DNA of 32,000 nucleotides from Desulfobulbus propionicus DSM 2032 (GCF_000186885.1 NC_014972.1:360001-392000), one strand, 5' to 3'; positions 1-9,510 are shown, counted from the stretch's first letter. Program-made: numbers and translations. Notes: generated by a model from the sequence alone, not told the origin.

Positions 1-642
1 TTAATAAGAAATTTTTGTATTTTTTATGAAGCAAAAAAAATATCTCCGGAAATTTCTTATAAATTGACATTTTTTGATAAAAAAATAATTAGAAATATTT
101 TTAATTACAGCCTGTATAGTTTCGCTGTATCAGTCTCTTCAAGAATCATAAGTTTCACCGACGAAATAGTTGTTGGACTCTTCTTGACGGTAAGCGATGT
201 TACTTACTACGCTATTGCTGTTAATCTAGTCACTTATTTTGAAAAATTGATATGGGCTGGTGCTAGTGTTTTAGTTCCTTATATCAGTCAATTAGACTCA
301 TCCAATGACCATGAAGGGATAGAAAGGGCTTTTTACCAATCCTTTAAATATACTCTTCTTTTTACCCTTTTTATATTCTTTGGCATTATATTTTTAGGGC
401 GTCCCTTTATCGATATATGGATGGGGGAGACGTATGGAGAAAAAGCCTTTCCTGTTTTAATAATCCTAGCAACTGCTAAAGTTGTATCGCACGGGCAATC
501 GATTACTATTGCGCGTTTTTTAGGGACAAGTAATCATAAATTCCTTGGTATTATTAATTCGTTGGAAGCTTTATCAAATTTGGTGCTTAGTTTATTTCTA
601 GTTGTGCATTATCAATTAATAGGGGTTGCTATAGGAACTTGA
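1..642 (+). CDS. Wzx-type polysaccharide flippase, 5' truncated by window edge, ends at a probable frameshift
   Basis: Frame is open from base 1 through the listed TTG at 64 (LIRNFCIFYEAKKISPEISYKLTFFDKKIIRNIFNYSLYSFAVSVSSRIISFTDEIVVGLF...). Multiple hydrophobic helices in MATE/Wzx style, beside glycosyltransferases. Confidence 0.8.
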   Translation, partial: LIRNFCIFYEAKKISPEISYKLTFFDKKIIRNIFNYSLYSFAVSVSSRIISFTDEIVVGLFLTVSDVTYYAIAVNLVTYFEKLIWAGASVLVPYISQLDSSNDHEGIERAFYQSFKYTLLFTLFIFFGIIFLGRPFIDIWMGETYGEKAFPVLIILATAKVVSHGQSITIARFLGTSNHKFLGIINSLEALSNLVLSLFLVVHYQLIGVAIGT

Positions 643-917
643 TCCCCTGTCTAATTTTTAATGGTGTCATCCTGCCAGTCTACACTGTGTATTCATTTAA
701 GATTCAACCTTCAGTTTTCTTGAAAAAGGCTCTCTTCGGGCCGTTGGCCACCTTTTCGATATCCTGTTTGATAATTTACAAATTAGATCTTACTTCACTG
801 AGATACAGCGACCTGCTTTTAAATGGTTTCCTGATGTCTTTTATATTTGGTATATTTAGCTTAATGGTTTGTCTAGATTTAAGATTATACAGGAGAGTTG
901 CTTCTAAAAATGAATAA
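639..917 (+). CDS. C-terminal part of the same Wzx-type flippase in a shifted frame
   Basis: Overlaps the previous ORF by 4 nt. Its translation continues the membrane protein: ...YQLIGVAIGT | LIPCLIFNGVILPVYTVYSFKI... Confidence 0.7.
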   Translation: MIPCLIFNGVILPVYTVYSFKIQPSVFLKKALFGPLATFSISCLIIYKLDLTSLRYSDLLLNGFLMSFIFGIFSLMVCLDLRLYRRVASKNE

Positions 918-2055
918 GTTTAAAATCGCTATCATACGCCCCATTGGCTATCCTATTGATTTAAAATCATATAATTCTCAAGAAATAGGTCTCGCTAGGG
1001 CGTTAACGCTTCAGGGGGTAAATGTAGATGTTTTTTTGGCAGGTAGGACTTCAAAACCAGAGAGACAAAAAATAGTTACTACGGGGGAGGGAGAGCTACA
1101 CGTCTATCAATTGCCCTATTATAAAATCCCTGAAATAGATCATGCTATTTATCCTCATTTGAAAGGAATTTTAATTAAAAACCAATACAATCTTTTCCAT
1201 GTCAATGAAGAAAACGAAATCACGTCTTTCCTTGTTGCTAAATTGGGAAAGAAAATTGGTGTTCCAGTCGTTATTTATCAAGGTATGTATCAACAACTTA
1301 CGGGTCGAATTAGGGCAGCGTTTCAAACATTATATGATCATACTGTGTTACCTTGGTTAAGCAAGAATATTTATTTGGCTCTTGCAAAAACTACCAGTGC
1401 AGAAAAACATTTAAAAATGAAAGGTTTTGAAAATACTTTAGTAATGCCTGTGGGGCTGGACACATCTGCATTTGATAACCCTACCGAGATAGATTGGCGC
1501 GCCAAGCTTAAAATTTCCCGCCAGGCGAAGATAATTCTTTACATAGGAGTGTTTGAAAAAAGACGTAACATCCAGTTTCTGTTGGATTTGGCAAAATTAT
1601 TTATAAATAAAAGCGATTTATTTTTTGTTTTTGTTGGCAAGGGAGATGAATTTGAAACAGCTAAAATTCGCACGGAAAAAGAACAGCTTGTGAATGTCAG
1701 GTTACCAGGCCATATACCTCAAAGCGAGTTGCCTTCCTTATACAAAGAAGGTACACTTTTTTTGTTACCGAGTAATTATGAAATATACGGAATGGTTGTT
1801 TTGGAATCGATGTTTTTTGGCGTTCCTGTGATATCTACATCAACAGCTGGTCCAAAAGATATCATTGAGAATGGTATTGATGGTTACTTATTAGATAATT
1901 TAAGTCAAGAACTATGGATAAATTTAATGAACCAAGTGTTAGAAAATGACAACTTGCATTTATTTTTAAAAAATAATGCAATAAATAAAATAATTTCAAA
2001 ATTAACATGGGATAAATTATCAAAAATATACTTATCAAAGGTATGTAGAAATTAG
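910..2055 (+). CDS. Glycosyltransferase family 4 (GT-B)
   Basis: MNKFKIAIIRPIGYP...; characteristic FVGKGDEFE and PSNYEIYGMVVLESMFFGVPVISTSTAGPKDIIENGIDGYL motifs. ATG at 910 preferred over TTG at 898. Confidence 0.9.
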   Translation: MNKFKIAIIRPIGYPIDLKSYNSQEIGLARALTLQGVNVDVFLAGRTSKPERQKIVTTGEGELHVYQLPYYKIPEIDHAIYPHLKGILIKNQYNLFHVNEENEITSFLVAKLGKKIGVPVVIYQGMYQQLTGRIRAAFQTLYDHTVLPWLSKNIYLALAKTTSAEKHLKMKGFENTLVMPVGLDTSAFDNPTEIDWRAKLKISRQAKIILYIGVFEKRRNIQFLLDLAKLFINKSDLFFVFVGKGDEFETAKIRTEKEQLVNVRLPGHIPQSELPSLYKEGTLFLLPSNYEIYGMVVLESMFFGVPVISTSTAGPKDIIENGIDGYLLDNLSQELWINLMNQVLENDNLHLFLKNNAINKIISKLTWDKLSKIYLSKVCRN

Positions 2056-2093
2056 TTATTCATAATAATTAATAAATTATATATAATTGATTT

Positions 2094-3389
2094 ATGGAAA
2101 AAATTAACAAATATTTATATCTTTTTGGGATGTATGTTTACAATCCATTGATTAATCAAAAATTTAAATTTTTATTAAATAGCCAATATTGGAATGAAGA
2201 AAGGATTTTAGATTGGCAAATTAATTCCTGTAAAAAGCTTTTGATCCATGCTTATGAAAATTCTCCATTTTATAAAAAATTTTTTAAAGATGTGTCTTTT
2301 CAACCGCAAAATTTTAGAAGTCTTGAAGATTTGAAATTTATTCCTACCACAAGTAAGTCGTTAATTCTTGAAAATTCTACTTATATTCAAAATTTTGTAC
2401 CAAAAGAGAAACACTTTTATTCAGAGACATCTGGTAGTAGTGGAACCCCTTTGATCTTTTACCGTAATGCCACATGGGATGCTTGGCATAGAGCATCGGT
2501 TTTAAGAGGGTATCATTGGTACGGAATAAATCCTTGGGAGAGAAACGGCTATTTGTGGGGTTACAACTTTTCTTTCAAGAAACGATTAAAAGTACGTCTA
2601 CTTGATGCACTTCAAAACAGATTTCGCTTGTTCTCGTATAATGATCAGGAAATTTTTGTTTTTATAAAAAAACTTGAATCAGCAAAATTTCTTGGTGGAT
2701 ATTCTTCCATGATTTATGAGATAGCTAAACAGTTAAACGGAATGTCAAATTCTCGACGATTTTCTTTGAAAATGATTAAAGGTACTTCAGAAAAAATATT
2801 TGATTATTATCAACAAGAAGTTGAGCGAGCTTTTGGTCAAAGAATCATAAGTGAATATGGTTCAGCAGAGGCTGGAATTATTGCATTTGAATGCCCATCA
2901 GGAACGCAACATCTTAATATGGAAACAGCAATAGTTGAAGTTGTTGATAATGAAATAGTAGTAACAAACTTAGTTTCATATTCATTTCCTATAATCAGAT
3001 ATAAATTAGGTGATTTTGTTCAATTAAGTTCAAGTACAAAATGTTCATGTGGTGTAATGCATGGTGCAATAAATGAAGTATTTGGAAGAGTTGGGCGAGT
3101 AATCTATGGAAAAACTCAAAGGTATCCAAGTTTAACCCTTTATTATGTTTTCAAGAATTTAGCGATGGAAAGAAATTTGGTTTTTAATTATCAAGCTCGA
3201 CAAAACGTTAAAGGGGCAATGGAAATTCTAATAGAACAGCATGTCGATCGAGAACAACATCGAATTCTTATAAGTGAATTCGAAAAATATTTTTCTTCTG
3301 ATATTGAATTAAAGATTATTGATGACGTGAGTTTGAAATCAACTGAGGGAAAAAGATTAGATTTTATTAGTTCAATAATTGATGGATAG
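2094..3389 (+). CDS. Phenylacetate-CoA ligase-like / CapK-family AMP-ligase of a polysaccharide locus
   Basis: YSETSGSSGTPLIFYRN adenylate-forming motif, SEYGSAEAGIIAFEC, and YKLGDFVQL. Confidence 0.85.
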   Translation: MEKINKYLYLFGMYVYNPLINQKFKFLLNSQYWNEERILDWQINSCKKLLIHAYENSPFYKKFFKDVSFQPQNFRSLEDLKFIPTTSKSLILENSTYIQNFVPKEKHFYSETSGSSGTPLIFYRNATWDAWHRASVLRGYHWYGINPWERNGYLWGYNFSFKKRLKVRLLDALQNRFRLFSYNDQEIFVFIKKLESAKFLGGYSSMIYEIAKQLNGMSNSRRFSLKMIKGTSEKIFDYYQQEVERAFGQRIISEYGSAEAGIIAFECPSGTQHLNMETAIVEVVDNEIVVTNLVSYSFPIIRYKLGDFVQLSSSTKCSCGVMHGAINEVFGRVGRVIYGKTQRYPSLTLYYVFKNLAMERNLVFNYQARQNVKGAMEILIEQHVDREQHRILISEFEKYFSSDIELKIIDDVSLKSTEGKRLDFISSIIDG

Positions 3390-3394
3390 CCAAA

Positions 3395-4369
3395 ATGGAC
3401 CTTTCAGTCATCATACCCGCTAAAAATGAAAGTTTATTTTTAAAAATTTCAGTTCCAGCACTATGGGTATCAATTAATAAATCTAACATTATAGCAGAAA
3501 TTATTTTAGTTGACAATGGGTCAGAAGATGACACAGAATCGGTAGCCCGTTCTTTGGGGTGCAAAATTCTATCAAGTCCTCAAGGATCTATCGCAAAATT
3601 GCGAAATTTAGGAGCTAGCCAGGCTCAGGGAACCTATCTTGCTTTTGTTGACGCAGACTGTGCTGTACATGAAGATTGGGTCTCCACTTGCATAGAAAAT
3701 CTTAATCATCTCAAAGTTGGTGCTACAGGAACTCGTGTCGTTCCTGCTTCAGAAAAAGCTACTTGGGTCAGCTGGGCTTGGTTCAATTTAGCAGCTGGGT
3801 CTAAGAGAAAAGAGAATGTATCTTGGCTTGGTTCTTCAAACTTAATGTTAAAAAAATGTCTTTTTGATGAATTAGGTGGATTTAATGAAGGTTTAAAAAC
3901 TGCAGAAGATTTTGATCTTACTACACGTTTAAAAAAAACACATAGAATTAAATTAGAAAAAAATATTGACACGATTCACTATAGAGAGCCTGAAACAATC
4001 AAGGAACTTTTTATTAAGGAATCATGGAGGGGAAGTTCAAGCCTCGCCTGCTATATCAGCAATGGTTGCCAATTTGGTGAGTTAGGCAGTGTCGCTATAC
4101 CTATGTTTGTGAATATATGCATAGGAATGCTTGTCATTTTTTTGTTAACAAATTTATCATTAACACCTATTGCCATTTTCCCGATAATTATTTTACCTTT
4201 TATTCTTATGATAAAAAAAGGCGTTCCATTTAATTCATTCATGATCGTTGTTCAAACATATATAGTTGCCTTCATCTTTATTTTGGCAAGATCGGTTTCT
4301 TTGGCTCGTGAAATTTACTATATTTTATTTAGAAGGAGTGATGTTAATATCTGGAAAATCTGTCGATGA
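3395..4369 (+). CDS. Glycosyltransferase family 2 with C-terminal membrane helices
   Basis: MDLSVIIPAKNE...ILVDNGSEDDT...AFVDADCAVHEDWV...GGFNEGLKTAEDFDL; hydrophobic C-terminus. Confidence 0.88.
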   Translation: MDLSVIIPAKNESLFLKISVPALWVSINKSNIIAEIILVDNGSEDDTESVARSLGCKILSSPQGSIAKLRNLGASQAQGTYLAFVDADCAVHEDWVSTCIENLNHLKVGATGTRVVPASEKATWVSWAWFNLAAGSKRKENVSWLGSSNLMLKKCLFDELGGFNEGLKTAEDFDLTTRLKKTHRIKLEKNIDTIHYREPETIKELFIKESWRGSSSLACYISNGCQFGELGSVAIPMFVNICIGMLVIFLLTNLSLTPIAIFPIIILPFILMIKKGVPFNSFMIVVQTYIVAFIFILARSVSLAREIYYILFRRSDVNIWKICR

Positions 4370-5305
4370 AATAATAACATTATCGATCGCATAGTACTGT
4401 TCCTTCATTTCTGAAGGATCAGCGTATAAGTTGTAGGCGTTACCGCCAATTGCAACTATATTCCACCCAAGATTACCAGGGCTGCTGCTTCCCATCCACT
4501 GGATGTCATTCCGGCTGTATTCTAATGTCCCATCTACCCAAAACTTGACAACTCCATCTTTTGCCCCAGGAGAAGTATTCATTTTTACATACCACTTCAT
4601 TCGGTGCCAAGCACCATCTCCTAATTTCTGCTCAAATGTAGATTTCTCCGTAAAGGTAAAACTTTTGTCATATGAATCTGCGCACCAATAATTGGTTTCT
4701 TGAGGGTCACAGCGATGGCTATGAAAATGTCGAAAACCATATTGGTTATAAGATGTATCGTAAATATAAGCTGGTGCATTGCTTCCAGTAGTAAAAAATT
4801 GAAAAGGACTACCAAGCCTATCCCAATGATAAAATCTAACCATTTTTACGGCAGCCCCACTACTTGTATTCCAGTTCCATTGAAAACCTGGTTGGAATAT
4901 AATGTGTAAAAAAACATAGAGTTCCTGAAAGTCTTTTCCCAAATCTTTTGCCAATATGCCATCAGCACCCCAGCCATCCCCACTTCTTCCGTTATTTGAC
5001 TCATTCCAGACGGTGAGAGCCTTTCCGGAAGTACCTTTATGATTTTCTTCTGAAATCTGGATGGTTGGGTGGTATTTTGGTCCATCGGAGTTTGGATGCC
5101 ATAATTCATCATTACGGTAATAATCCCACCCTGCTGGTAATTTGTTTTTACACGACGAGTCGCTACATCCTTCCTCTTCAGTCTGCGGAAACCAATCTTC
5201 CTTTTTATCAAAGTTTTCAAGAAATATAACTTCAGCCTTTGACACTGTTATGTTACAAAATGTGAATATTGTGAATGTTAGTATCATTATTGTTTTTATT
5301 TTCAC
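4325..5305 (-). CDS. Secreted jelly-roll (concanavalin A-like) polysaccharide-lyase-like protein
   Basis: GTG start preceded by GGAG; signal peptide MKIKTIMILTFTIFTFCNITVSKA; GAWHRMKWYVKMNT...DGVVKFWVDGTLEYSRNDIQW pattern typical of lyase/lectin-like folds. Confidence 0.7.
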   Translation of the reverse strand: MKIKTIMILTFTIFTFCNITVSKAEVIFLENFDKKEDWFPQTEEEGCSDSSCKNKLPAGWDYYRNDELWHPNSDGPKYHPTIQISEENHKGTSGKALTVWNESNNGRSGDGWGADGILAKDLGKDFQELYVFLHIIFQPGFQWNWNTSSGAAVKMVRFYHWDRLGSPFQFFTTGSNAPAYIYDTSYNQYGFRHFHSHRCDPQETNYWCADSYDKSFTFTEKSTFEQKLGDGAWHRMKWYVKMNTSPGAKDGVVKFWVDGTLEYSRNDIQWMGSSSPGNLGWNIVAIGGNAYNLYADPSEMKEQYYAIDNVIISSTDFPDINITPSK

Positions 5306-5584
5306 GGGTTACTCCTGTCTCTAAATGCTTTTGAATTGTAATCATGCTATAGGTTATTTTGATTGGTAGAGTAGCATCCTAAAGTTAATTGTTGAGCCTC
5401 TTGCAAAAAAAAAGTCGCCTATCATCATATTTCTGAAAAAATAAGAGGGAAAACCTCCAAAGAAACGTGAGGTGAATTTTCACTCTCTCGGTATGACTTG
5501 AAAAAGTGTTCAGTTCTTTATTGAACATTCAGCTATGGCATATATTCGATTATTTTGCAATAAGCTTAATTTTTTGTAGTCTCC

Positions 5585-6427
5585 TTATTGGGAGACAATT
5601 TTAACCCAGCATAATTTCGCGGTGTCGGAAGTTTGAAAAGTCAAGGACAGCCTGTTGTCAGTAACAGTAGTTATAATTTCACGTGTTATCCAAGGGTTTA
5701 AGGAACTGAGGCGTTCGGCAGTTATCAAAGCTGCACCCTCAACTTGCACCCCTTGGGTTCTATCTGGTGCAGAAGGGTCACCGACTGTCACCGTGACAAG
5801 GTACTTTCCATTTGGTACGATATGTTCCCAGACAGCTGTTGGGGCTACATGAATAAGAGTATCAAAAGATTGGTCAGGAGACAATAAGCTGTTACGATCC
5901 CTCGTCCCTTCCGCAGCAGGTGGAGAAACCCAGCCATACCCCACCGCATCGTCAAAATTACTCCCACTGTCCATCGTAAACCCTGTCGGGACAGGTGCAG
6001 AAGCAGGCTGGAAATTAATGGCAATCTGGACAGGTGAGGCAAGACTGACATTTTCCTGAGTCATAGTTACGCCACCGCTATTATCAACAATTGTTAAAGT
6101 TACAGGGGAAATTCCTCCCCCTTCAAAACTGTGTGTTACTGTTATTCCGGAATCCTTGACGCCATCTCCAAAGTCCCAAATGTAACTCACGATACTCCCA
6201 TCCGAATCACTCGCCCCACTCGCATCAAAAGTATAAATATCGCCATTTTTAGTATAGGTAAATAACGCCACTGGCGGTTTGTTAATTTTCTGAGCATCGG
6301 TGATGGCGACCCCTTTGAGGCTACCAGAAAAGCCGGTATTAGCCATGGATGGCGGTGCCATGGTGGTTAAAAACAGGACTAGGGTTGCTGCATGGAGAAC
6401 CTTAGTAGATGCTGCTGTTGTTTTCAT
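5585..6427 (-). CDS. Secreted protein with PKD domain plus malectin/galactose-binding-like C-terminal domain
   Basis: Start MKTTAAST at 6427 with upstream AGGAGA. PKD signature FDASGASDSDGSIVSYIWDFGDG; C-terminal INFQPASAPVPTGFTMDSGSNFDDAVGYGW...YLVTVTVGDPSAPD. Confidence 0.75.
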   Translation of the reverse strand: MKTTAASTKVLHAATLVLFLTTMAPPSMANTGFSGSLKGVAITDAQKINKPPVALFTYTKNGDIYTFDASGASDSDGSIVSYIWDFGDGVKDSGITVTHSFEGGGISPVTLTIVDNSGGVTMTQENVSLASPVQIAINFQPASAPVPTGFTMDSGSNFDDAVGYGWVSPPAAEGTRDRNSLLSPDQSFDTLIHVAPTAVWEHIVPNGKYLVTVTVGDPSAPDRTQGVQVEGAALITAERLSSLNPWITREIITTVTDNRLSLTFQTSDTAKLCWVKIVSQ

Positions 6428-6798
6428 TGTATGTCTCCTGGTGCTTCTTTGGTCTTCAAGTTGGTTGCTGAATTTATTGGCCAATGATGAGAACCGGACT
6501 TAACTCTATGGCTTTGTGGTTTTCTTAATCAATTAAGAAGTTAGCGAACATTTGGTGCTTGTAAAAATTTTGTGGCACTACTTTTACTCAAGGCGCAATG
6601 ATTCGGTAATCAATAAAATTATTAATAACCTCTGTATCCGTTCCGTCAGGGAGCATTGGTGAATCCAATACTCACCTGCAAGGCAGGATGATGATTACTC
6701 CTTGCCGCCCACAACGATTCCGGGGTGGACGGCCTTCAGATCGTTGAATGACGGGATTAATTGTATCCTATGCGAAGTTTTTCCTACCGTAGTAACTT

Positions 6799-9510
6799 TC
6801 ATGGCGTATAGTTCAGGCTGTTTGAGGCATTGCCCACTCCACCGGTGGTATCAACCGCCTGGATGGTGAAGGCGGTCGGGCCGGTTGGCATGGTCATTTC
6901 ACAGCTCAGTTGCCGGTCGGCAGGTTTGTTGCAGGTGCAGACCACCGTGCCATTGGCGAGAATCTGGAAGCCGCTGATGGTGCTTTCCTGGGTTGCATCA
7001 AACTCCCAGGTAAAGGTTGCCAGCACCTTTTCCTCTTTCTGGCTGAGAGCAATGTAGCCGATGGCCTCCGCTGGGTGGGCGACTTCCGTATCTTTGGATT
7101 GCTCTTCTTCGACTTTTACCTCGAAACCGGTTGCTGACAGTTTTTGCATTCGCAAAGCCGAAGTGTCGGTGTTGACGGTTGTCTGCATGTCGGCCAGAAG
7201 CAGCGGGGCTGCTGAGTAAGGACTTGGGAAGGCGACCGCATACCACGCCTGTGTGACAACATTGGCTGTGGCGGCAACCCTGTATTGCAGTGAGCCGAGA
7301 CTTCCCTCGCCGGGTTCCCAGGCGAGGTAGTTGATGGTTTCATTGATATGCTTGTTGGTATTTTTTTCCTGCTCGCGGAAATAGTAGGCAAAGCCACTGG
7401 TCGTGACGTCCTTGATGCGGCCACTGATGGTGTCGGTCTCGTTGTTGGAAGCGATCGTGGTCATCATCACCGGCTTTTTGCTGAAAGCCTGGTTGAAGGG
7501 AATCGTTGCAAAACTGGTTTTGCCCGTGAAGCTGCCTGCTTCGACCATGGAGCCGTCGGGCAAGGTATGGTGCCCTTTTTCTATCACGAGATAGCTGGCC
7601 GTCTCCTGCGGATGCGCTCCGTCGAGATAGTTCCACTCGGTGAATTTGATATCAAAGCCGGTGGCATCGACATTGCGCAGGCGAATCACACCCGGGGCGG
7701 GATCATTAAAACTTGCTGGCCCGGCAATGACAACCGGATTCTGGAAAGTAGAACTCAGCGAAACACGAACCCACTCGCCTGTCACTGCGACCTCGCCTGT
7801 TTCGATGTTCAGGTTCGCGGCGGTTTCTTGCGGTTTGACGGTGATCGTTGTCGAGGTTGTCGCGGTGGCCCCCAAATCGTCGGTGACCTGGAGGGTGGCG
7901 ATGAAACTTGCCTCCGTGGTGTAGGTATGGGAGACGGTCTTGCCACTTGCGGAACTACCGTCGCCAAAATGCCACGTGTAGGAGGCGATGGAGCCGTCGC
8001 TGTCGGTGGACGCCGAACCATCGAAGGAAACGGTCAGCGGGGTCGAGCCGCTGGTTGGCGTGGCGCTAAGAGCCGCTTTTGGGGCAATGTTGGCGGCTGC
8101 GGCAGTGACAACCACTGGGGTGGAGGCTGAGCTGGTGAGACCGTTACTATCGGTCACGGTCAGCTCGGTGGTATAGGTGCCGGCGGCGGTAAATGAATGG
8201 GTTGCGGTGGCACCGGTTGCTGTGCTGCCGTCACCAAAGCTCCAGGCGTAGCTGGTGATAGTGGCTAAGCCGGTTGCCGTGGAACCTGTGCCATCGAAGT
8301 TGACCGAAAGCGGTGCCGGCCCTGCTGCCGAGGAAGAGGAGAGCACGGCGGTTGGCGGAATGGCCGCGACTGCCGGTTCGGTGACGGTGACGGAGACAAT
8401 GGCCGTGCTGCTGGCGCCCGTGGTGTTCGTTACCGTCAGCTTGGCCGTATAGGTTCCGGCCGAGGCGTATTCATGGCTGGCCGTGCTGGTCGCGGCAATC
8501 GAGCCATCGCCAAAATCCCACTGATACTGGCTAATCGTGCCGGTTGAAGAACCTGCGTTGAAATTCACAGTGACCGGCGCTGTGCCGGTGACCGGCGTGG
8601 CCTGGATAACGGCCTGAAGCGTTGCCGTGTCGTCGGTGGAGGTTGTGGCGGGAGTATAGGCAAGTAAATTGGACAGGCTGCTTTCCGTGCCATCGGCGTT
8701 GACCGCTTTCACTCCATAAACCAGGTTGCCGCTGGGGACATCAACGGTGCAGGTCAGATTGCGGGCCGCAGGGTCGGTGGTCTCGCAAATGGGCAGATTG
8801 TTTTGATAGATGCGGAATCCGCTAATGCTGGACGCATCGCCACTATACTCCCAGGAAAAGCCGAGCAGTTTGAAGGTAAAGGTTTCTGGGTAAGCGGTCG
8901 GATTAAAGACCAGCAGGTTGGAGAGCCCGCTTTCCGAGCCGTCGGTATGTACCTGGCTCATACTGAAGATCATTTCGCCGGGGAGCAGGTTGGCCGTGCA
9001 GGCAATGGAGGTGTCCGTCGGGCTGGTTGTTTCGCACAGGCGCGTGCTGTTGAGATAGAAGCGATAACCGGCAACATTGGAGAGGTCGGTCGGCTGCTCC
9101 CAGGAAAAGGTGAACAGCTTGTTGCCGATTGAGCTGGAGACCGGTGTTTTCGTGGTCGCGCTGTCGTCCGTTGTGCCGGTATCACCAGAGGTATCGGTTC
9201 CAGTAGAACCGTCAGAGGTAAAGGCAAAGGGGGCGGAATGGGGGCTTTCGCTGCCGTCGCTGAAAGTGGCTGTCAGGGTAAAATTGGTGGTTGCCGCCGT
9301 AAGTGTGACCTCACAGTCCATGGCAGTTGCATTGGGGTTCTGGGTCTGGCAGACGGGCGCTCCCTCCTGATAGAGTTTGAACCCGGTCACCGCTGGTTCG
9401 CTTGGGGGGGTGTATCCCCACTCCACGTGGATGGACTGGGCCGCGGCTGATACGGCAATGGACAATCCGCAGAAAAGGAGGGCTAGGAGGCGGATAATTT
9501 TTCGTTGCAT
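6799..9510 (-). CDS. Large secreted multidomain protein: 3 FN3-like repeats, 3 PKD domains, 2 H-type-lectin-like repeats, 1 FN3-like repeat
   Basis: Start MQRKIIRLLALLFCGLSIAVSAAA (signal peptide). PKD motifs YQWDFGDGS, YAWSFGDGST, YTWHFGDGS. Repeated (V/I)xG(F/Y)xxYxxxxxxC-x11-C units. Tandem VVIAGPASF...VRLRN-like and YLVIEKG / YIALSQ segments. Confidence 0.8.
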   Translation of the reverse strand: MQRKIIRLLALLFCGLSIAVSAAAQSIHVEWGYTPPSEPAVTGFKLYQEGAPVCQTQNPNATAMDCEVTLTAATTNFTLTATFSDGSESPHSAPFAFTSDGSTGTDTSGDTGTTDDSATTKTPVSSSIGNKLFTFSWEQPTDLSNVAGYRFYLNSTRLCETTSPTDTSIACTANLLPGEMIFSMSQVHTDGSESGLSNLLVFNPTAYPETFTFKLLGFSWEYSGDASSISGFRIYQNNLPICETTDPAARNLTCTVDVPSGNLVYGVKAVNADGTESSLSNLLAYTPATTSTDDTATLQAVIQATPVTGTAPVTVNFNAGSSTGTISQYQWDFGDGSIAATSTASHEYASAGTYTAKLTVTNTTGASSTAIVSVTVTEPAVAAIPPTAVLSSSSAAGPAPLSVNFDGTGSTATGLATITSYAWSFGDGSTATGATATHSFTAAGTYTTELTVTDSNGLTSSASTPVVVTAAAANIAPKAALSATPTSGSTPLTVSFDGSASTDSDGSIASYTWHFGDGSSASGKTVSHTYTTEASFIATLQVTDDLGATATTSTTITVKPQETAANLNIETGEVAVTGEWVRVSLSSTFQNPVVIAGPASFNDPAPGVIRLRNVDATGFDIKFTEWNYLDGAHPQETASYLVIEKGHHTLPDGSMVEAGSFTGKTSFATIPFNQAFSKKPVMMTTIASNNETDTISGRIKDVTTSGFAYYFREQEKNTNKHINETINYLAWEPGEGSLGSLQYRVAATANVVTQAWYAVAFPSPYSAAPLLLADMQTTVNTDTSALRMQKLSATGFEVKVEEEQSKDTEVAHPAEAIGYIALSQKEEKVLATFTWEFDATQESTISGFQILANGTVVCTCNKPADRQLSCEMTMPTGPTAFTIQAVDTTGGVGNASNSLNYTP

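Noticed and set aside
7348-8130. 260-aa plus-strand ORF inside the PKD/lectin gene
   Set aside because: Shadow ORF arising from the composition of the minus-strand repeats.
6950-9500. Repeated protein segments considered as a DNA tandem-repeat array or CRISPR
   Set aside because: Similarity lies at the protein-domain level (FN3/PKD repeats) with divergent DNA; no constant repeat-spacer arrangement.
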